64,000 bases of DNA from a virus (IMGVR_UViG_3300028797_000156:1-64000); one strand, 5' to 3'; counted from the stretch's first letter, positions 39,870-50,182 are shown. Numbers and translations: made by a program. The notes: generated by a model not told the origin, from the letters alone.

Positions 39870-40165
39870 ATATATAAAACAGTTCATCATTTTGTATTTA
39901 TTTTTATTGAAATTTATATGTTTTTCTGATATAAAAGTATAACGGTGAAACTACACGATAAATTAAAATTTATTTAAAAAACTTAAAATTATATTTTAAT
40001 TAAAAATATATAAAATAATTAAAATCTTTTTTGATAAAGTTGATTATTTCATAATCAAAATCATGACGGTCAAACTGATAAAGTTGAATAAGCCCACCTA
40101 ACTTAAAATTGGGATGGGTTTTTCAAATACACTTCCATGGATAAATCTCAAATACAAAAAACAAA

Positions 40166-40189
40166 AGCTCCCGGGATATCCCGGGAGCT
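40166..40189. terminator. Terminator (24-bp perfect palindrome)
   Basis: AGCTCCCGGGATATCCCGGGAGCT followed by TTTTGTTTTTT on the minus strand. Confidence 0.75.
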
Positions 40190-40226
40190 AATGCTTTGTA
40201 TTTTTGTTTTATTAAGAATAGATAGT

Positions 40227-40922
40227 TTAGCTGAGGATGTTCAAGAGAACTGTTTTAGGAGTGAATCTTTGTTTATAACATTCACATTCCTTTACGGATC
40301 TGATACAGAAATTTGTATACATATCACCCGTCTTCAGATCCATCTTCAGACGTTTACTTGATGGACCCAACAGATCCACCATGCTACTCCATTCTTGTGT
40401 CTGAATCTTCCTTGTTATAGCTGCACACTCAAGCCAACCTTCATCAGTTGGTGATGCGTGTTTACAAGTATAACATAAATTTTCACGGGTTTTTCCGTAC
40501 ATGAACATCATCAGTTTCTCATGTACAGCTGTGCGGTATGATGATCCGCAAAGATTCTTCATCTTTAGAATAGCGTAATCATCATTTGATCTGTAACCCG
40601 TCAGCCTGAGTAAGTCAAAGATCATGTCAGTCTCCATCTTCTGGAGCATGTCCCTGGCTTGTGGGTTTTTACGTTTGATTCTGCTGATCTCTTCATTCAG
40701 CAGTTTCAAAGCGTTTTTCATGTCAAAACTCTGAAAGATCATACAGAAGAGACGATCACATGCTTCTTCCGATTGGAAAGCCCAGATCGTTGGGTCACTA
40801 AATCTGATTGGACCACCTATTTCAATGACTATACCTGAATAGTATGGTTGAAAATCTGATTTAACTATTTTTATGTTTGTATCTTTCAGAAGCTTTTCAT
40901 ATACAAAATGACTTTTCTTCAT
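40227..40922 (-). CDS. Hypothetical protein with Cys-containing C-terminus
   Basis: GGAGGT RBS; own TATATTATT motif. Confidence 0.65.
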   Translation of the reverse strand: MKKSHFVYEKLLKDTNIKIVKSDFQPYYSGIVIEIGGPIRFSDPTIWAFQSEEACDRLFCMIFQSFDMKNALKLLNEEISRIKRKNPQARDMLQKMETDMIFDLLRLTGYRSNDDYAILKMKNLCGSSYRTAVHEKLMMFMYGKTRENLCYTCKHASPTDEGWLECAAITRKIQTQEWSSMVDLLGPSSKRLKMDLKTGDMYTNFCIRSVKECECYKQRFTPKTVLLNILS

Positions 40923-40969
40923 GTTTATTACCTCCTAATTGAATAGTCTATTTGTATTCTATTCAATAT

Positions 40970-40989
40970 AATAATATACATATAGAATC
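40970..40989 (-). promoter_or_regulatory. Putative early promoter
   Basis: ATTCTATATGTATATTATT, the same 19-mer as at 27827. Confidence 0.7.
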
Positions 40990-40992
40990 TAA

Positions 40993-42084
40993 TTATTTTT
41001 TAGATCCAATGCATAATAGAGATATGTACATGAAAAGCATCAGTACACCACACAGAATTATCAGTAACCGCTGTGCAGTGAATATCACGGCGAGTAATGC
41101 AAATACGCCGATCATTAACCAAGTGAATATATGAAATAGAATGGTTTTGATCAGTGAAGGTTTTTCTTCTGTTTCTTCAACCTTATCCGAATCATAATTC
41201 GTTTGGTAATCATAGTACTGAGCTAAGTCAGTTTCTGATTCAGTTTCAGTTTCTATTTCAACCGGTTCTTCAGGAGCTGTTTTATCAATCAACTTATGAA
41301 CCGCATTCATTGCTTCAAGCATTTGTTTATTACTTGAGGCCATACCGTTTTCTGCCTCCTTTTTATTCTTTTCTTCTTCAAGTTTCTTATAGTATTCCTG
41401 ACGGTACCAGTTATTTGCATCAGCTTCCTGACAGTATAACTCGTACATCATGTCATTGACTAGATTGAGTATGACGTTCTCAACTTTTCTCTTTACTGGT
41501 ACATAGTCTGAATCTTTTATCAGGATACTCCAGTTATTCATCAGCTGAGTAAAGAACTCAACATAGTCAAGACCAAACTTATCATGCATTGTCATGAGAC
41601 AAGCATCGTTGGTCTCAACATCATTTCGAGTATCATAATTCATGGTTACGTATTCAAAGTAACGAACCATCATTTTGATGACTCCTCTCATGTATGGGGT
41701 CATCGTACCCCATACAAAGATTCGTCTGTTTGTCTGAATAAAGGTTACTGATGATCCGCACAGCTGAGTCATCGTATCAAACACAATCTTTGATGATACC
41801 TCAGCATCAAACCCGGTACCCCAGGTTCGGGAGCTCATTCCTCTGAAACCGAATGGCAAACAGAATACGTTTACATCCTCTGATTCTTTGACAGATTCAC
41901 CAAGATCAATTTGTTCTTCATTAGTATATGATGAACGATGATATGCTTTAAATAACATCTCAGCTTGTTCATCAGTGATCGCTGATCCATGCCGGTTTGC
42001 ACAATAGAGACGAATCTTGTGAATCGCCTCTTTTGTATATTCTGAAGGAAGTATCAGCTGAGAATCATTTAAGTTGATTGTCAT
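40993..42084 (-). CDS. Membrane-anchored hypothetical protein (363 aa)
   Basis: Acidic linker followed by two C-terminal hydrophobic helices. Confidence 0.65.
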   Translation of the reverse strand: MTINLNDSQLILPSEYTKEAIHKIRLYCANRHGSAITDEQAEMLFKAYHRSSYTNEEQIDLGESVKESEDVNVFCLPFGFRGMSSRTWGTGFDAEVSSKIVFDTMTQLCGSSVTFIQTNRRIFVWGTMTPYMRGVIKMMVRYFEYVTMNYDTRNDVETNDACLMTMHDKFGLDYVEFFTQLMNNWSILIKDSDYVPVKRKVENVILNLVNDMMYELYCQEADANNWYRQEYYKKLEEEKNKKEAENGMASSNKQMLEAMNAVHKLIDKTAPEEPVEIETETESETDLAQYYDYQTNYDSDKVEETEEKPSLIKTILFHIFTWLMIGVFALLAVIFTAQRLLIILCGVLMLFMYISLLCIGSKK

Positions 42085-42221
42085 CTGTTATCCTCCATCA
42101 TTATTCTGATCATCGTAGTCACAAAACCAATTAACCATGCAATACCATACAGTATTGCAAAGATTGGTAATGTGATGATATGGCAAATACCTTTCCAAAA
42201 TTTACTGATTTGGATTCTCAT
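42081..42221 (-). CDS. Small membrane protein (46 aa; absent from the ORF track)
   Basis: MRIQISKFWKGICHIITLPIFAILYGIAWLIGFVTTMIRIMMEDNR; AGAGGT RBS; its stop overlaps the next start (ATGA). Confidence 0.65.
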   Translation of the reverse strand: MRIQISKFWKGICHIITLPIFAILYGIAWLIGFVTTMIRIMMEDNR

Positions 42222-43506
42222 TTTTGTTACCTCTCTTTGGATATGCATTTACATAGTCAACTATTTCTCTTGGTGAACAATTGTTCATCACCATCGTCTG
42301 CAGCTTTGCAAACGTTGTGAAATCTTCCTTTACTCTGAATTTAGCCGGGAACTTTATATCATCACCAAAGTGGTGTTTCATAAACTCCTTAAATGTTTCT
42401 GTACAAACTGGCTTGATTTCCAAGCACATATCGATTCTACCTGGACGGATCAAAGCCGGATCCAATGCCTCGATATGGTTTGTAGTAAAGACGAAGATGG
42501 TATTGAATGGAGCTGAGATTCCATCAAGGCTGTTCAATAATGTAGCTAAACCAGTCTTTTCAGAGTCATCATCATCTTTCTTATCTCTTTTACTGAGTTT
42601 ACCAGCATCGAATCCGCAGTCAATATCCTCAACAATTACCACGTTTGGATATTTATTCGATACCTGATCAATCTCCATCATTTTTACCAGCTTTGGTAAA
42701 TACATGATGTCATCGCCATTCATGTAGAAAATGGTGGATCTCGGTACATAGTTAGCTATTGCCTGTGCTAAAGAAGTCTTACCTGTACCTGCAGGTCCGT
42801 ATAACATGATCCCGAAATGATACGGGATTGCATTATCCAAGAACCATTTTCTTCTGAACATGAAATTGTCTACATTCACTGTTATCTGTTCCTTTATCTC
42901 TTTAGGAACATAGACATTTTCGAATGTCCTCTTTACTATTCTTATAGTATCAAGAACACTTGGTGGGCTGAAAGCCCTGATGTATCTCTTCTTTTTCGCA
43001 GCTCCTTCAGCACGATTTCTTTCGATTCCTTTGAAGTATTCTTCACGGAGCATTTCTCTCAGCATTTCTGGATAGCCATTAACTCTCAGAGTTGATATTG
43101 TAAGAGCTCGATAGTTACGAGTGGAATCTTTCTTATCACCACCACCAAGACCATGAGCACGGAGCATACATGGGATTCCGTTTATCACTGCAACATCACG
43201 ATGATTAATGCCAACAATTGTCATATGCTGGCACCACAATGTTTCATATGTTACTTCAACTTCATCCGAATCATTATTATCATCTTTTGCTTTAGTGATG
43301 ATAATATCATCGGCATACTGAAAATGCTCATGAAGGAAATCGTATAATACTGAGTTCTGGCTAGTGATATCAATTGTATAGAGCAGTCTGTTTTTACCAA
43401 GCTCATACATCGATGTCGTTGTGTCTTTGATCGCCTGAATCATCAGTGAAGCCGTCAGCATATTTTTTCTTGGTATCGGTATCATACGCATAGGTTTTCT
43501 CTTCAT
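42202..43506 (-). CDS. BCS1-like AAA+ ATPase, copy 1
   Basis: IPYHFGIMLYGPAGTGKTS (Walker A), IVEDIDC (Walker B), LLNSLDG, FTTNH-EALDPALIRPGRID (SRH/Arg finger). Confidence 0.85.
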   Translation of the reverse strand: MKRKPMRMIPIPRKNMLTASLMIQAIKDTTTSMYELGKNRLLYTIDITSQNSVLYDFLHEHFQYADDIIITKAKDDNNDSDEVEVTYETLWCQHMTIVGINHRDVAVINGIPCMLRAHGLGGGDKKDSTRNYRALTISTLRVNGYPEMLREMLREEYFKGIERNRAEGAAKKKRYIRAFSPPSVLDTIRIVKRTFENVYVPKEIKEQITVNVDNFMFRRKWFLDNAIPYHFGIMLYGPAGTGKTSLAQAIANYVPRSTIFYMNGDDIMYLPKLVKMMEIDQVSNKYPNVVIVEDIDCGFDAGKLSKRDKKDDDDSEKTGLATLLNSLDGISAPFNTIFVFTTNHIEALDPALIRPGRIDMCLEIKPVCTETFKEFMKHHFGDDIKFPAKFRVKEDFTTFAKLQTMVMNNCSPREIVDYVNAYPKRGNKNENPNQ

Positions 43507-43524
43507 TATTCTTTTTCCTTTCTA

Positions 43525-44541
43525 TTATTTATCGCTCACAATTGAGCCATTTGGAAGTATAACATGTTCTGTGTTAACCTTAGCATCAACTAATGCTTGT
43601 ACTTTATCTGGATCGACATCCTCATACTTCTTTTCGAGGATAGGAACAATTTCATCCCTTATGTACTGCTTGAGATCTTCCTCCAGAGCTTCTCTAACTT
43701 TCTCATGTGAGTTTTCAGATTTACCTCCATAAGTATATTTATGGTATCCTAAATTAATACGGATACGTACTTCGGAAGTGAACTGAACCTCGCGTTCAAA
43801 TTCATTAGTACAATCGTGAATTACTATATTTACCGCACTGCTGATTACATCTAAAGGACCGATACCATATTTGTCATGGAATGCCAGTTTTATAGCCGTG
43901 CTGGCTGGATACATATTATAGTATCTGATAGCATCCTGTAAGCTGTGCATCAGATGATCTAAATCGTCAGATCTCCAACGTGCATTCACATGAGCTTTGT
44001 CAAAAGCATCATTGAAAGCCTTCTCCAGTTTCTTGATGAATTCTTCCTTTCCAAGAGACTTCATCACTTCTCTTGTGATGTTGTATTTGCGTGTTGTAAG
44101 AATGCCTTCATTTTCGTAAGATGGATGTAAATTCTCCATTTCCTGTCTTCTGTGGAATTCCTCGACACTTGGATATTCTTCAAAGAACTGATACATTACA
44201 TCGAGATCTCTATTTAAACGATATAAAACTCTTTTAACCAGCTCATTGAATCTCGCTCTCCGGTTTTCCTTATAATTATCCAGCTCTTTTCTGCAGGCCA
44301 GATCATCGCCAGAAATACCAGGGAAGTATCTTTCCAGTAGGTTTAATGCCTCCTGGAAGTTTTCCTCTGTAGTTCTATCAGGGTTAGTGTAATCCTTATG
44401 ATCACTACCACCATCTGACCATATGATTGTCCAACCACCTGGTGCAGCCTGAACAATAATTTTTCCGCTGTTTTCTGAACGGTAGACTTTCTCCTTTTCA
44501 ACGTCTACCGCTTTCATCATCCCGAATATTCTGTCCATCAT
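43525..44541 (-). CDS. Hypothetical protein (338 aa)
   Basis: ORF track; lies between the two ATPases. Confidence 0.6.
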   Translation of the reverse strand: MMDRIFGMMKAVDVEKEKVYRSENSGKIIVQAAPGGWTIIWSDGGSDHKDYTNPDRTTEENFQEALNLLERYFPGISGDDLACRKELDNYKENRRARFNELVKRVLYRLNRDLDVMYQFFEEYPSVEEFHRRQEMENLHPSYENEGILTTRKYNITREVMKSLGKEEFIKKLEKAFNDAFDKAHVNARWRSDDLDHLMHSLQDAIRYYNMYPASTAIKLAFHDKYGIGPLDVISSAVNIVIHDCTNEFEREVQFTSEVRIRINLGYHKYTYGGKSENSHEKVREALEEDLKQYIRDEIVPILEKKYEDVDPDKVQALVDAKVNTEHVILPNGSIVSDK

Positions 44542-46169
44542 TTTTCCTCCTTAGGTTTATATTTTTCAAATGGGTTATTTTCCAATACATATGCTATGGT
44601 AAGTTCATCAAACCAGAGATACAACGCATCAGATGTATACTTAGATATCTTATCTACATCATCAGTCCCGAGTTTATTCGAAGCATAGATAATCATCCAA
44701 GCTCGAAGCTTGTCATAAAGATCCGCATCTCTTATATTGCTAATAGTGGATTTCTTGAAGTACTGATCTGCATATCCTGAATATGGATTTGGGAGCTTTA
44801 CTCCTTCTACAACGATATCACACACTTCATCCTCCGGATCAATTTCTCCGAATTTAACCGGGTTACTTGAATACTTCTTAGTATCCTTGTCCTTCACATA
44901 TTCAATCAGATCTTTTGCCGACATACCAGACATTACTTTTACCTGAATATCTGCGAAAGTTATACCTTCACGGATCTTAAGATTCTTAGGAAGTTTTATA
45001 TCTTCACCAAAATGGTGAACCATAAATTCCTTGAAGGTCTCGAGACACACTGGTTTTATTTCCAGTGACAAATCGATTCTACCCGGACGAATCAATGCTG
45101 GATCAAGATCTTCAATATTATTTGTAGTAAATATGAAGATTGTATTTCGAGGAGCTCCGATGCCATCGATGATATTCAGAACAGTTGCCAGACCATTGTT
45201 GTCCTGGAGCTTATCCAACTTTTCTTCATCATCCCAGTCTGTTGCCCAAACTCCACCGCGTGAACCTCTTGCATATAATGATTTATAGCTGAGACCACAA
45301 TCGATGTCCTCTATAAGAATGATATTGAAATCGTTCTTTGTTAAACCGATTGTATTAATAACTCTGCCGTTATTGATCATTGAAGGCAATTTCAACACAT
45401 CATCACCGGACACAACATACATTGTAGCTTTAGTGTATGTTGCAATCGCCTGTGCTATACTGGTTTTGCCAGTACCCGGGGACCCATGCAACATAATCCC
45501 GAAATGATATGGGATCTTGTTTTTGATATACCAGTCAGCATTACCCATAAAATGATCTAAAGCTGAGGTAATCTGGTTTTTAATGTCTGCTGGAACAAAT
45601 ACATCATCGAAAGATCTTTTGAATGAATCAACAAATCTAGCAGTATGTTGATCAACAACTTTCATGATCTTTGCTTCTTTTACTCGATGTCGCTTTGCTC
45701 CCTCGGCAGCTTCTCTTGTGATAATTGCCTGAAGTTTTGCTGGCCAACCATTAATGTTAATGGTCGATATCGTAGTATCAGTTGAGCATGATTCACCAGT
45801 AACTTTTACAGATCGAGCTACTAGTTTACATGGTATTCCCTCAATAATTGCATAGTCAACGATGTGCTGTTCTATACAATCATAAGGAGTATACATATCA
45901 AGTTCTTCATATTCAAGATCTTCTTTTTCTATTGAACAGGTTGAGGCCATTCTAATAGGGAAATGTTTAAAATTATCTTTGAGCCAATCTATTAAATCAC
46001 AGCAGATTGGTTCGATGTAGTAGGTTTTTACCATGTTTGATTTAACAAACTCGGTGAATAATTTCTTTGCTGGTTCTTTGATAAGTTCTGTACCAACCAT
46101 CACAGCAATTGGTGTTAAGATTTTCTTAGCCAGTGATGGCTTTTTGTGATTACAGTTGCAATTATGCAT
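44538..46169 (-). CDS. BCS1-like AAA+ ATPase, copy 2
   Basis: IPYHFGIMLHGSPGTGKTS, IEDIDC, FTTNN-EDLDPALIRPGRID; hydrophobic N-terminal stretch. Confidence 0.85.
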   Translation of the reverse strand: MHNCNCNHKKPSLAKKILTPIAVMVGTELIKEPAKKLFTEFVKSNMVKTYYIEPICCDLIDWLKDNFKHFPIRMASTCSIEKEDLEYEELDMYTPYDCIEQHIVDYAIIEGIPCKLVARSVKVTGESCSTDTTISTININGWPAKLQAIITREAAEGAKRHRVKEAKIMKVVDQHTARFVDSFKRSFDDVFVPADIKNQITSALDHFMGNADWYIKNKIPYHFGIMLHGSPGTGKTSIAQAIATYTKATMYVVSGDDVLKLPSMINNGRVINTIGLTKNDFNIILIEDIDCGLSYKSLYARGSRGGVWATDWDDEEKLDKLQDNNGLATVLNIIDGIGAPRNTIFIFTTNNIEDLDPALIRPGRIDLSLEIKPVCLETFKEFMVHHFGEDIKLPKNLKIREGITFADIQVKVMSGMSAKDLIEYVKDKDTKKYSSNPVKFGEIDPEDEVCDIVVEGVKLPNPYSGYADQYFKKSTISNIRDADLYDKLRAWMIIYASNKLGTDDVDKISKYTSDALYLWFDELTIAYVLENNPFEKYKPKEEK

Positions 46170-46365
46170 CCTTATTTCCTCCTAAACCTATTTCGATTAA
46201 TTTCATTCGTACAAACAGAATGAAGCTCCATGCTGCAAAAGCATAAGCTCCTAATTCAATTATGCCTCTAACAAAGGCATTTGGTCTCTTTGGTTTAACC
46301 AACTTTGGATTACTATGCGTTGCAAACATCAGTAATCCTGAAACTAACATCAATAAGTTTCCCAT
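46162..46365 (-). CDS. Small two-helix membrane protein
   Basis: GGAGGT RBS; two hydrophobic segments. Confidence 0.6.
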   Translation of the reverse strand: MGNLLMLVSGLLMFATHSNPKLVKPKRPNAFVRGIIELGAYAFAAWSFILFVRMKLIEIGLGGNKDA

Positions 46366-46393
46366 AATAAAATTACCTCCAAAATTTAAAAGA

Positions 46394-46412
46394 CCGGGAG
46401 TAGCACTCCCGG
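46394..46412 (-). terminator. Intrinsic terminator
   Basis: CCGGGAGT-agc-ACTCCCGG followed by TCTTTT on the minus strand. Confidence 0.7.
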
Positions 46413-46421
46413 CCCTATTAT

Positions 46422-46673
46422 TTACATTTGCCAGTTGCTATGAATAGCCACTTTTCTAGCTGCCTTCCATAATATTGGCATGCTTTCGTAGTTTCCATTA
46501 TCATCCAATAATTTAAAAGCTTCTTTGTATTTCGCTTTAAATTCTTTGGCATCTTTGCATTTGTTGAAGAGCTCTATATAGCTCTCTTCGAGTTTCTGTT
46601 TTTCAGCTATATCCTCGATATCTACCACTTTATCATCATTATCCTTTTCTAAATTATTCAACCAATATCCCAT
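46422..46673 (-). CDS. Hypothetical protein
   Basis: AAGGAG RBS. Confidence 0.6.
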   Translation of the reverse strand: MGYWLNNLEKDNDDKVVDIEDIAEKQKLEESYIELFNKCKDAKEFKAKYKEAFKLLDDNGNYESMPILWKAARKVAIHSNWQM

Positions 46674-46683
46674 TTCTTTCTCC

Positions 46684-47001
46684 TTACTTGAATAATGCCA
46701 CTAGACTCATCATTATGATGAAACACAGTGGAATTGTTACTGCAATTTTCCATGAGTGGTCATCAACCCACTTCAGGAAGTCGAATTTTCTCTTGTGTTT
46801 TAAGACTGTGACTTTACCCTCCTTTCTTGTTACTGTTTTTGATACAGGTAAAATCGGTTTGATCACCACAGGTTTGATTGGCTCTTTTTCAACCAATGCA
46901 GGGTGATAAACTTTGGTTCTGTCTTCACCAAACTGCTCATCGAGAGCCTGGTTGATTTTCTTCTTAAGTTCATACACCTTTGTTTCTGCTTCTGTTTCCA
47001 T
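46684..47001 (-). CDS. Hypothetical protein with C-terminal transmembrane helix
   Basis: AAGGAGG RBS; IAVTIPLCFIIMMSLVALF. Confidence 0.65.
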   Translation of the reverse strand: METEAETKVYELKKKINQALDEQFGEDRTKVYHPALVEKEPIKPVVIKPILPVSKTVTRKEGKVTVLKHKRKFDFLKWVDDHSWKIAVTIPLCFIIMMSLVALFK

Positions 47002-47044
47002 AATAAATCCTCCTTATGAATTTATGGTTTCATCCGTGCATATT

Positions 47045-47064
47045 AATAATATACCTGTATAAAA
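47045..47064 (-). promoter_or_regulatory. Putative early promoter
   Basis: TTTTATACAGGTATATTATT upstream of 47001. Confidence 0.65.
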
Positions 47065-47075
47065 TGTAAATAATA

Positions 47076-47097
47076 GGAGGGGTGCAACCACCCCTCC
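47076..47097 (-). terminator. Intrinsic terminator
   Basis: GGAGGGGTG-caac-CACCCCTCC followed by TATTATTT on the minus strand. Confidence 0.7.
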
Positions 47098-47102
47098 CAT
47101 CA

Positions 47103-48149
47103 TTACAGTAACTCAAGTAGATTTAATCCATCAACTGATAATGACTGTAAACCATCGATATCAATCTGATCTATCATTGTAGCTTTTAAGCGTTCGATAT
47201 TTGATTGTTTTATCATTGATGCATGTGTTGGTATGTCAATTAATGGATATGATTGTTTCACATAAGGTTGGAACTGTGGTTGTATTACATTTATTACTGA
47301 ATCTACATTCATTGGATTATGAGGTATTTCACGTTTCTCAACAGCTCTCAAAAGATCCGTTGCAAATGATGTAATACCCATCTGAGATAATCCAATGATA
47401 CCACGTTCAAAGTCACCGATGATTGCATTCAACAGATTGTAGAATACACGATTCTGACAGAATGTTGACATGATTGGATCATCGATTTTCGATATACTCT
47501 GGACAATCATGATTGGATCACTTAACTGTGAAATTCCCTGTGTAGAGAATCTCGAGTACATTACGAATGAACGTGGTATGTAAGTATAGTTTGTCATTAA
47601 AGAATTTGCTGTGATAATTATCTTATCTCGATTGCTGTTTCCGTTAATGACTTCTGGGAAAACCAGAGAGTCAAAACGGTTACAGTCAATGAAATATGAA
47701 TTAGGAATATATTTCAGAATGACTGCAGTCATTTTGATTGCAGCATTCCAGAAAGCTTTTAGCTGTGAAAATCTACTTTGTCTGTACTTATTCATCATAG
47801 GTACCAGATAGCTTTTCAGAGTTGAAGTTTCATCCAATAATTCCATATCCATATTATTTGCCATCATGAATATTCTAACATCACGATTTTCGAATGTTCT
47901 TCGAGTATAATCTTTCCAATGTTTATAGGTATACAGAATCGTGGATAATAAATCCTTTTCTGCATCCTGAAAGAATACTAATGATGCCATATACTTGCTA
48001 CTTGTAGACAAGTTATTTAGTAAAGTATTTAAATCGATGAAGATGTCCAGTCCATTGACTGGATCATATCCTTCACCGAGTAAGTTAGATATAACTCTGT
48101 ATTTTGGCTTTAAAGCTCCACTTAATACACCAGAAGAATACGGTTTCAT
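47103..48149 (-). CDS. Hypothetical protein, possibly a degenerate PIN/5'-3' exonuclease fold
   Basis: IFIDLNTLL resembles the first acidic strand of FEN/PIN nucleases; the later acidic motifs are not conserved. Confidence 0.3.
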   Translation of the reverse strand: MKPYSSGVLSGALKPKYRVISNLLGEGYDPVNGLDIFIDLNTLLNNLSTSSKYMASLVFFQDAEKDLLSTILYTYKHWKDYTRRTFENRDVRIFMMANNMDMELLDETSTLKSYLVPMMNKYRQSRFSQLKAFWNAAIKMTAVILKYIPNSYFIDCNRFDSLVFPEVINGNSNRDKIIITANSLMTNYTYIPRSFVMYSRFSTQGISQLSDPIMIVQSISKIDDPIMSTFCQNRVFYNLLNAIIGDFERGIIGLSQMGITSFATDLLRAVEKREIPHNPMNVDSVINVIQPQFQPYVKQSYPLIDIPTHASMIKQSNIERLKATMIDQIDIDGLQSLSVDGLNLLELL

Positions 48150-48163
48150 GCACTATTCCTCCA

Positions 48164-50182
48164 TTATAAAGTTTCAAAGCCGAATGTGTAATCTGTGAAT
48201 CCAGAAGGACCAGTTCTCTTGATCTTGTTTCTTTCATCAAAGATTCTAGCCAACAGGTGATGCTTAATTTCCTGGAATGACATAGCAGTAGTAACTGATT
48301 CTGTATTCTTAAGAGCAGTCTTAAGATTAAGCATTACATATTCAGGCATTTCATCCTGACACCAGTTTGGACGAAGTAATCTATTATTTGCATCACGAAT
48401 AAGATGTGATAATATAACTTCACCATGGACTGATAACAATGAGATTGTACCATAAAGCATTTCTGTTAATGTCCTAATGACACTTTCGATATTATCGAAC
48501 TTGGAAATGTTATTCTCAAATAATCTCATGATGTTGAAGTACTTTTCAGTCATCATGATATTGATTGGAGTGATATGACACATTACACCATTATTCAAAT
48601 CAATTACCTTATGAGATATAATAGTCTTGTAGTTGACATCATCAATTACCTCATCTTTCATTGCATTCATAACTTCATCAGGAATGAAGATTGAAGAATA
48701 GTTTGAGATAGTGATTGGCTTCTTATCAGGACCAACATAGAATGTTAATGACTCACCCATGTTATCGAAATCATCTTCTTTGATTCTGATGATGAAACGC
48801 TTGTCATCTGTAACCATGAGCATTGAAGAATCGACACTGAAGTATGTGCTATAATCACCTGTGAATTCAACCTTTTCTGCATCGGCTTTCAACAGGTGCT
48901 TTGCAGATAATACTTTCTGTCCAACTTCTGCAGTCATCTTCTGAGTTGTGTATAAGAAACCACCCTTGAGATCGCCAACTCTTAAAGCGACAGTGCCATA
49001 GCAAACGTGGCAAACATCTTCATTCAGGTTACATGTACATGGTGATCTAAACCATAATGTTTTACCAATGAGATGTTTATCTGTTTCTTTAAGAACCTTT
49101 AATCTTGGATCATCCTTAGTTTCAGAATAGTATCTGCCATGTTTCATCTTGAGTTCCATCTCATCGATTACACATGGAAGTTTATGCTTTGATCCACAAT
49201 CCCAAACCTTATTTGAGATTGTACCATAAGTCAGAATCCATAAGTTTCTGCCGAAATATCCAGTCATACCCATGTATTCATGGTTCATGATATCTGGAAC
49301 TCTCGCAGCAATTGCACCAGCATACAAAATCGGTACTGTTGAGTACCCTGCTTTGAATCCATTACCATTCATGATAACTGGAACAATATCCTTACCATCA
49401 GGAATCTGAGAGAAGTTAATGTAACATTCTTCCATCTGCTTTGGCTTAACGATCTTCGTGTACTTATTGAATACGAAGAACGGGTTACCCCTCTTGATCA
49501 TTTCAGCTTCAAGAATCTTATATAATCTAGCATTCTCTTCAACGATGTCCTTAGTCTGCATTTCTGGACCATATTCAACGTTATTGATCTCACGAATGAT
49601 TTCAGATTCTTTATAATGATCAAGGAACAGATTGTCTGCTGTGAATATCTTTGCATCTGCATTTGCAAATATCAACAAAAGTTCTTTCAAGTGCAAAGAT
49701 ACCTGAGCAGATATAGTTTTTACTTCATTAAATGAATGACCAAACTCCATAAGAGTTTTAGCTGTATTATTATGAATTTCTCCTCTACGCTTTGCAGAGA
49801 GGAAATCATCTGTTATTATGTAATCATCGATATTGACTTTATCGATGTAATCCATTAAAGGCTCTAAGAATACTAAGTCCATCATGAACTTATTTAACGG
49901 AGCCGTACGAGTAACTTCATCGTTTTCATCGATCTTATATGGGATCATCGTATGCTGAAGCTTCTGTCCACCCGGTGTACGATTATTCCAACATAACGCA
50001 GCGATATCAACGACTTTCTTTACAAGATACTCGAATGATGCATTCTTATACTTATTGAGTACTATAGTATCTCCCAATAATTCAAGAATTTCATTTGGAT
50101 CGGTGATTTCCTGAATACCCTCTAATTCAGGGATTTCTGTTTCAGCCACATCGGTAGCTGTGTTGAAATTAAGTTTAAACAT
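48164..50182 (-). CDS. Multisubunit RNA polymerase beta-prime C-terminal subunit (probably non-virion RNAP)
   Basis: Bridge-helix-like TGYFGRNL; Zn site CGS...RSPCTC...VCHVCYG; trigger-loop-like TAEVGQKVLSAKH. Located in a putative early operon. Confidence 0.85.
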   Translation of the reverse strand: MFKLNFNTATDVAETEIPELEGIQEITDPNEILELLGDTIVLNKYKNASFEYLVKKVVDIAALCWNNRTPGGQKLQHTMIPYKIDENDEVTRTAPLNKFMMDLVFLEPLMDYIDKVNIDDYIITDDFLSAKRRGEIHNNTAKTLMEFGHSFNEVKTISAQVSLHLKELLLIFANADAKIFTADNLFLDHYKESEIIREINNVEYGPEMQTKDIVEENARLYKILEAEMIKRGNPFFVFNKYTKIVKPKQMEECYINFSQIPDGKDIVPVIMNGNGFKAGYSTVPILYAGAIAARVPDIMNHEYMGMTGYFGRNLWILTYGTISNKVWDCGSKHKLPCVIDEMELKMKHGRYYSETKDDPRLKVLKETDKHLIGKTLWFRSPCTCNLNEDVCHVCYGTVALRVGDLKGGFLYTTQKMTAEVGQKVLSAKHLLKADAEKVEFTGDYSTYFSVDSSMLMVTDDKRFIIRIKEDDFDNMGESLTFYVGPDKKPITISNYSSIFIPDEVMNAMKDEVIDDVNYKTIISHKVIDLNNGVMCHITPINIMMTEKYFNIMRLFENNISKFDNIESVIRTLTEMLYGTISLLSVHGEVILSHLIRDANNRLLRPNWCQDEMPEYVMLNLKTALKNTESVTTAMSFQEIKHHLLARIFDERNKIKRTGPSGFTDYTFGFETL

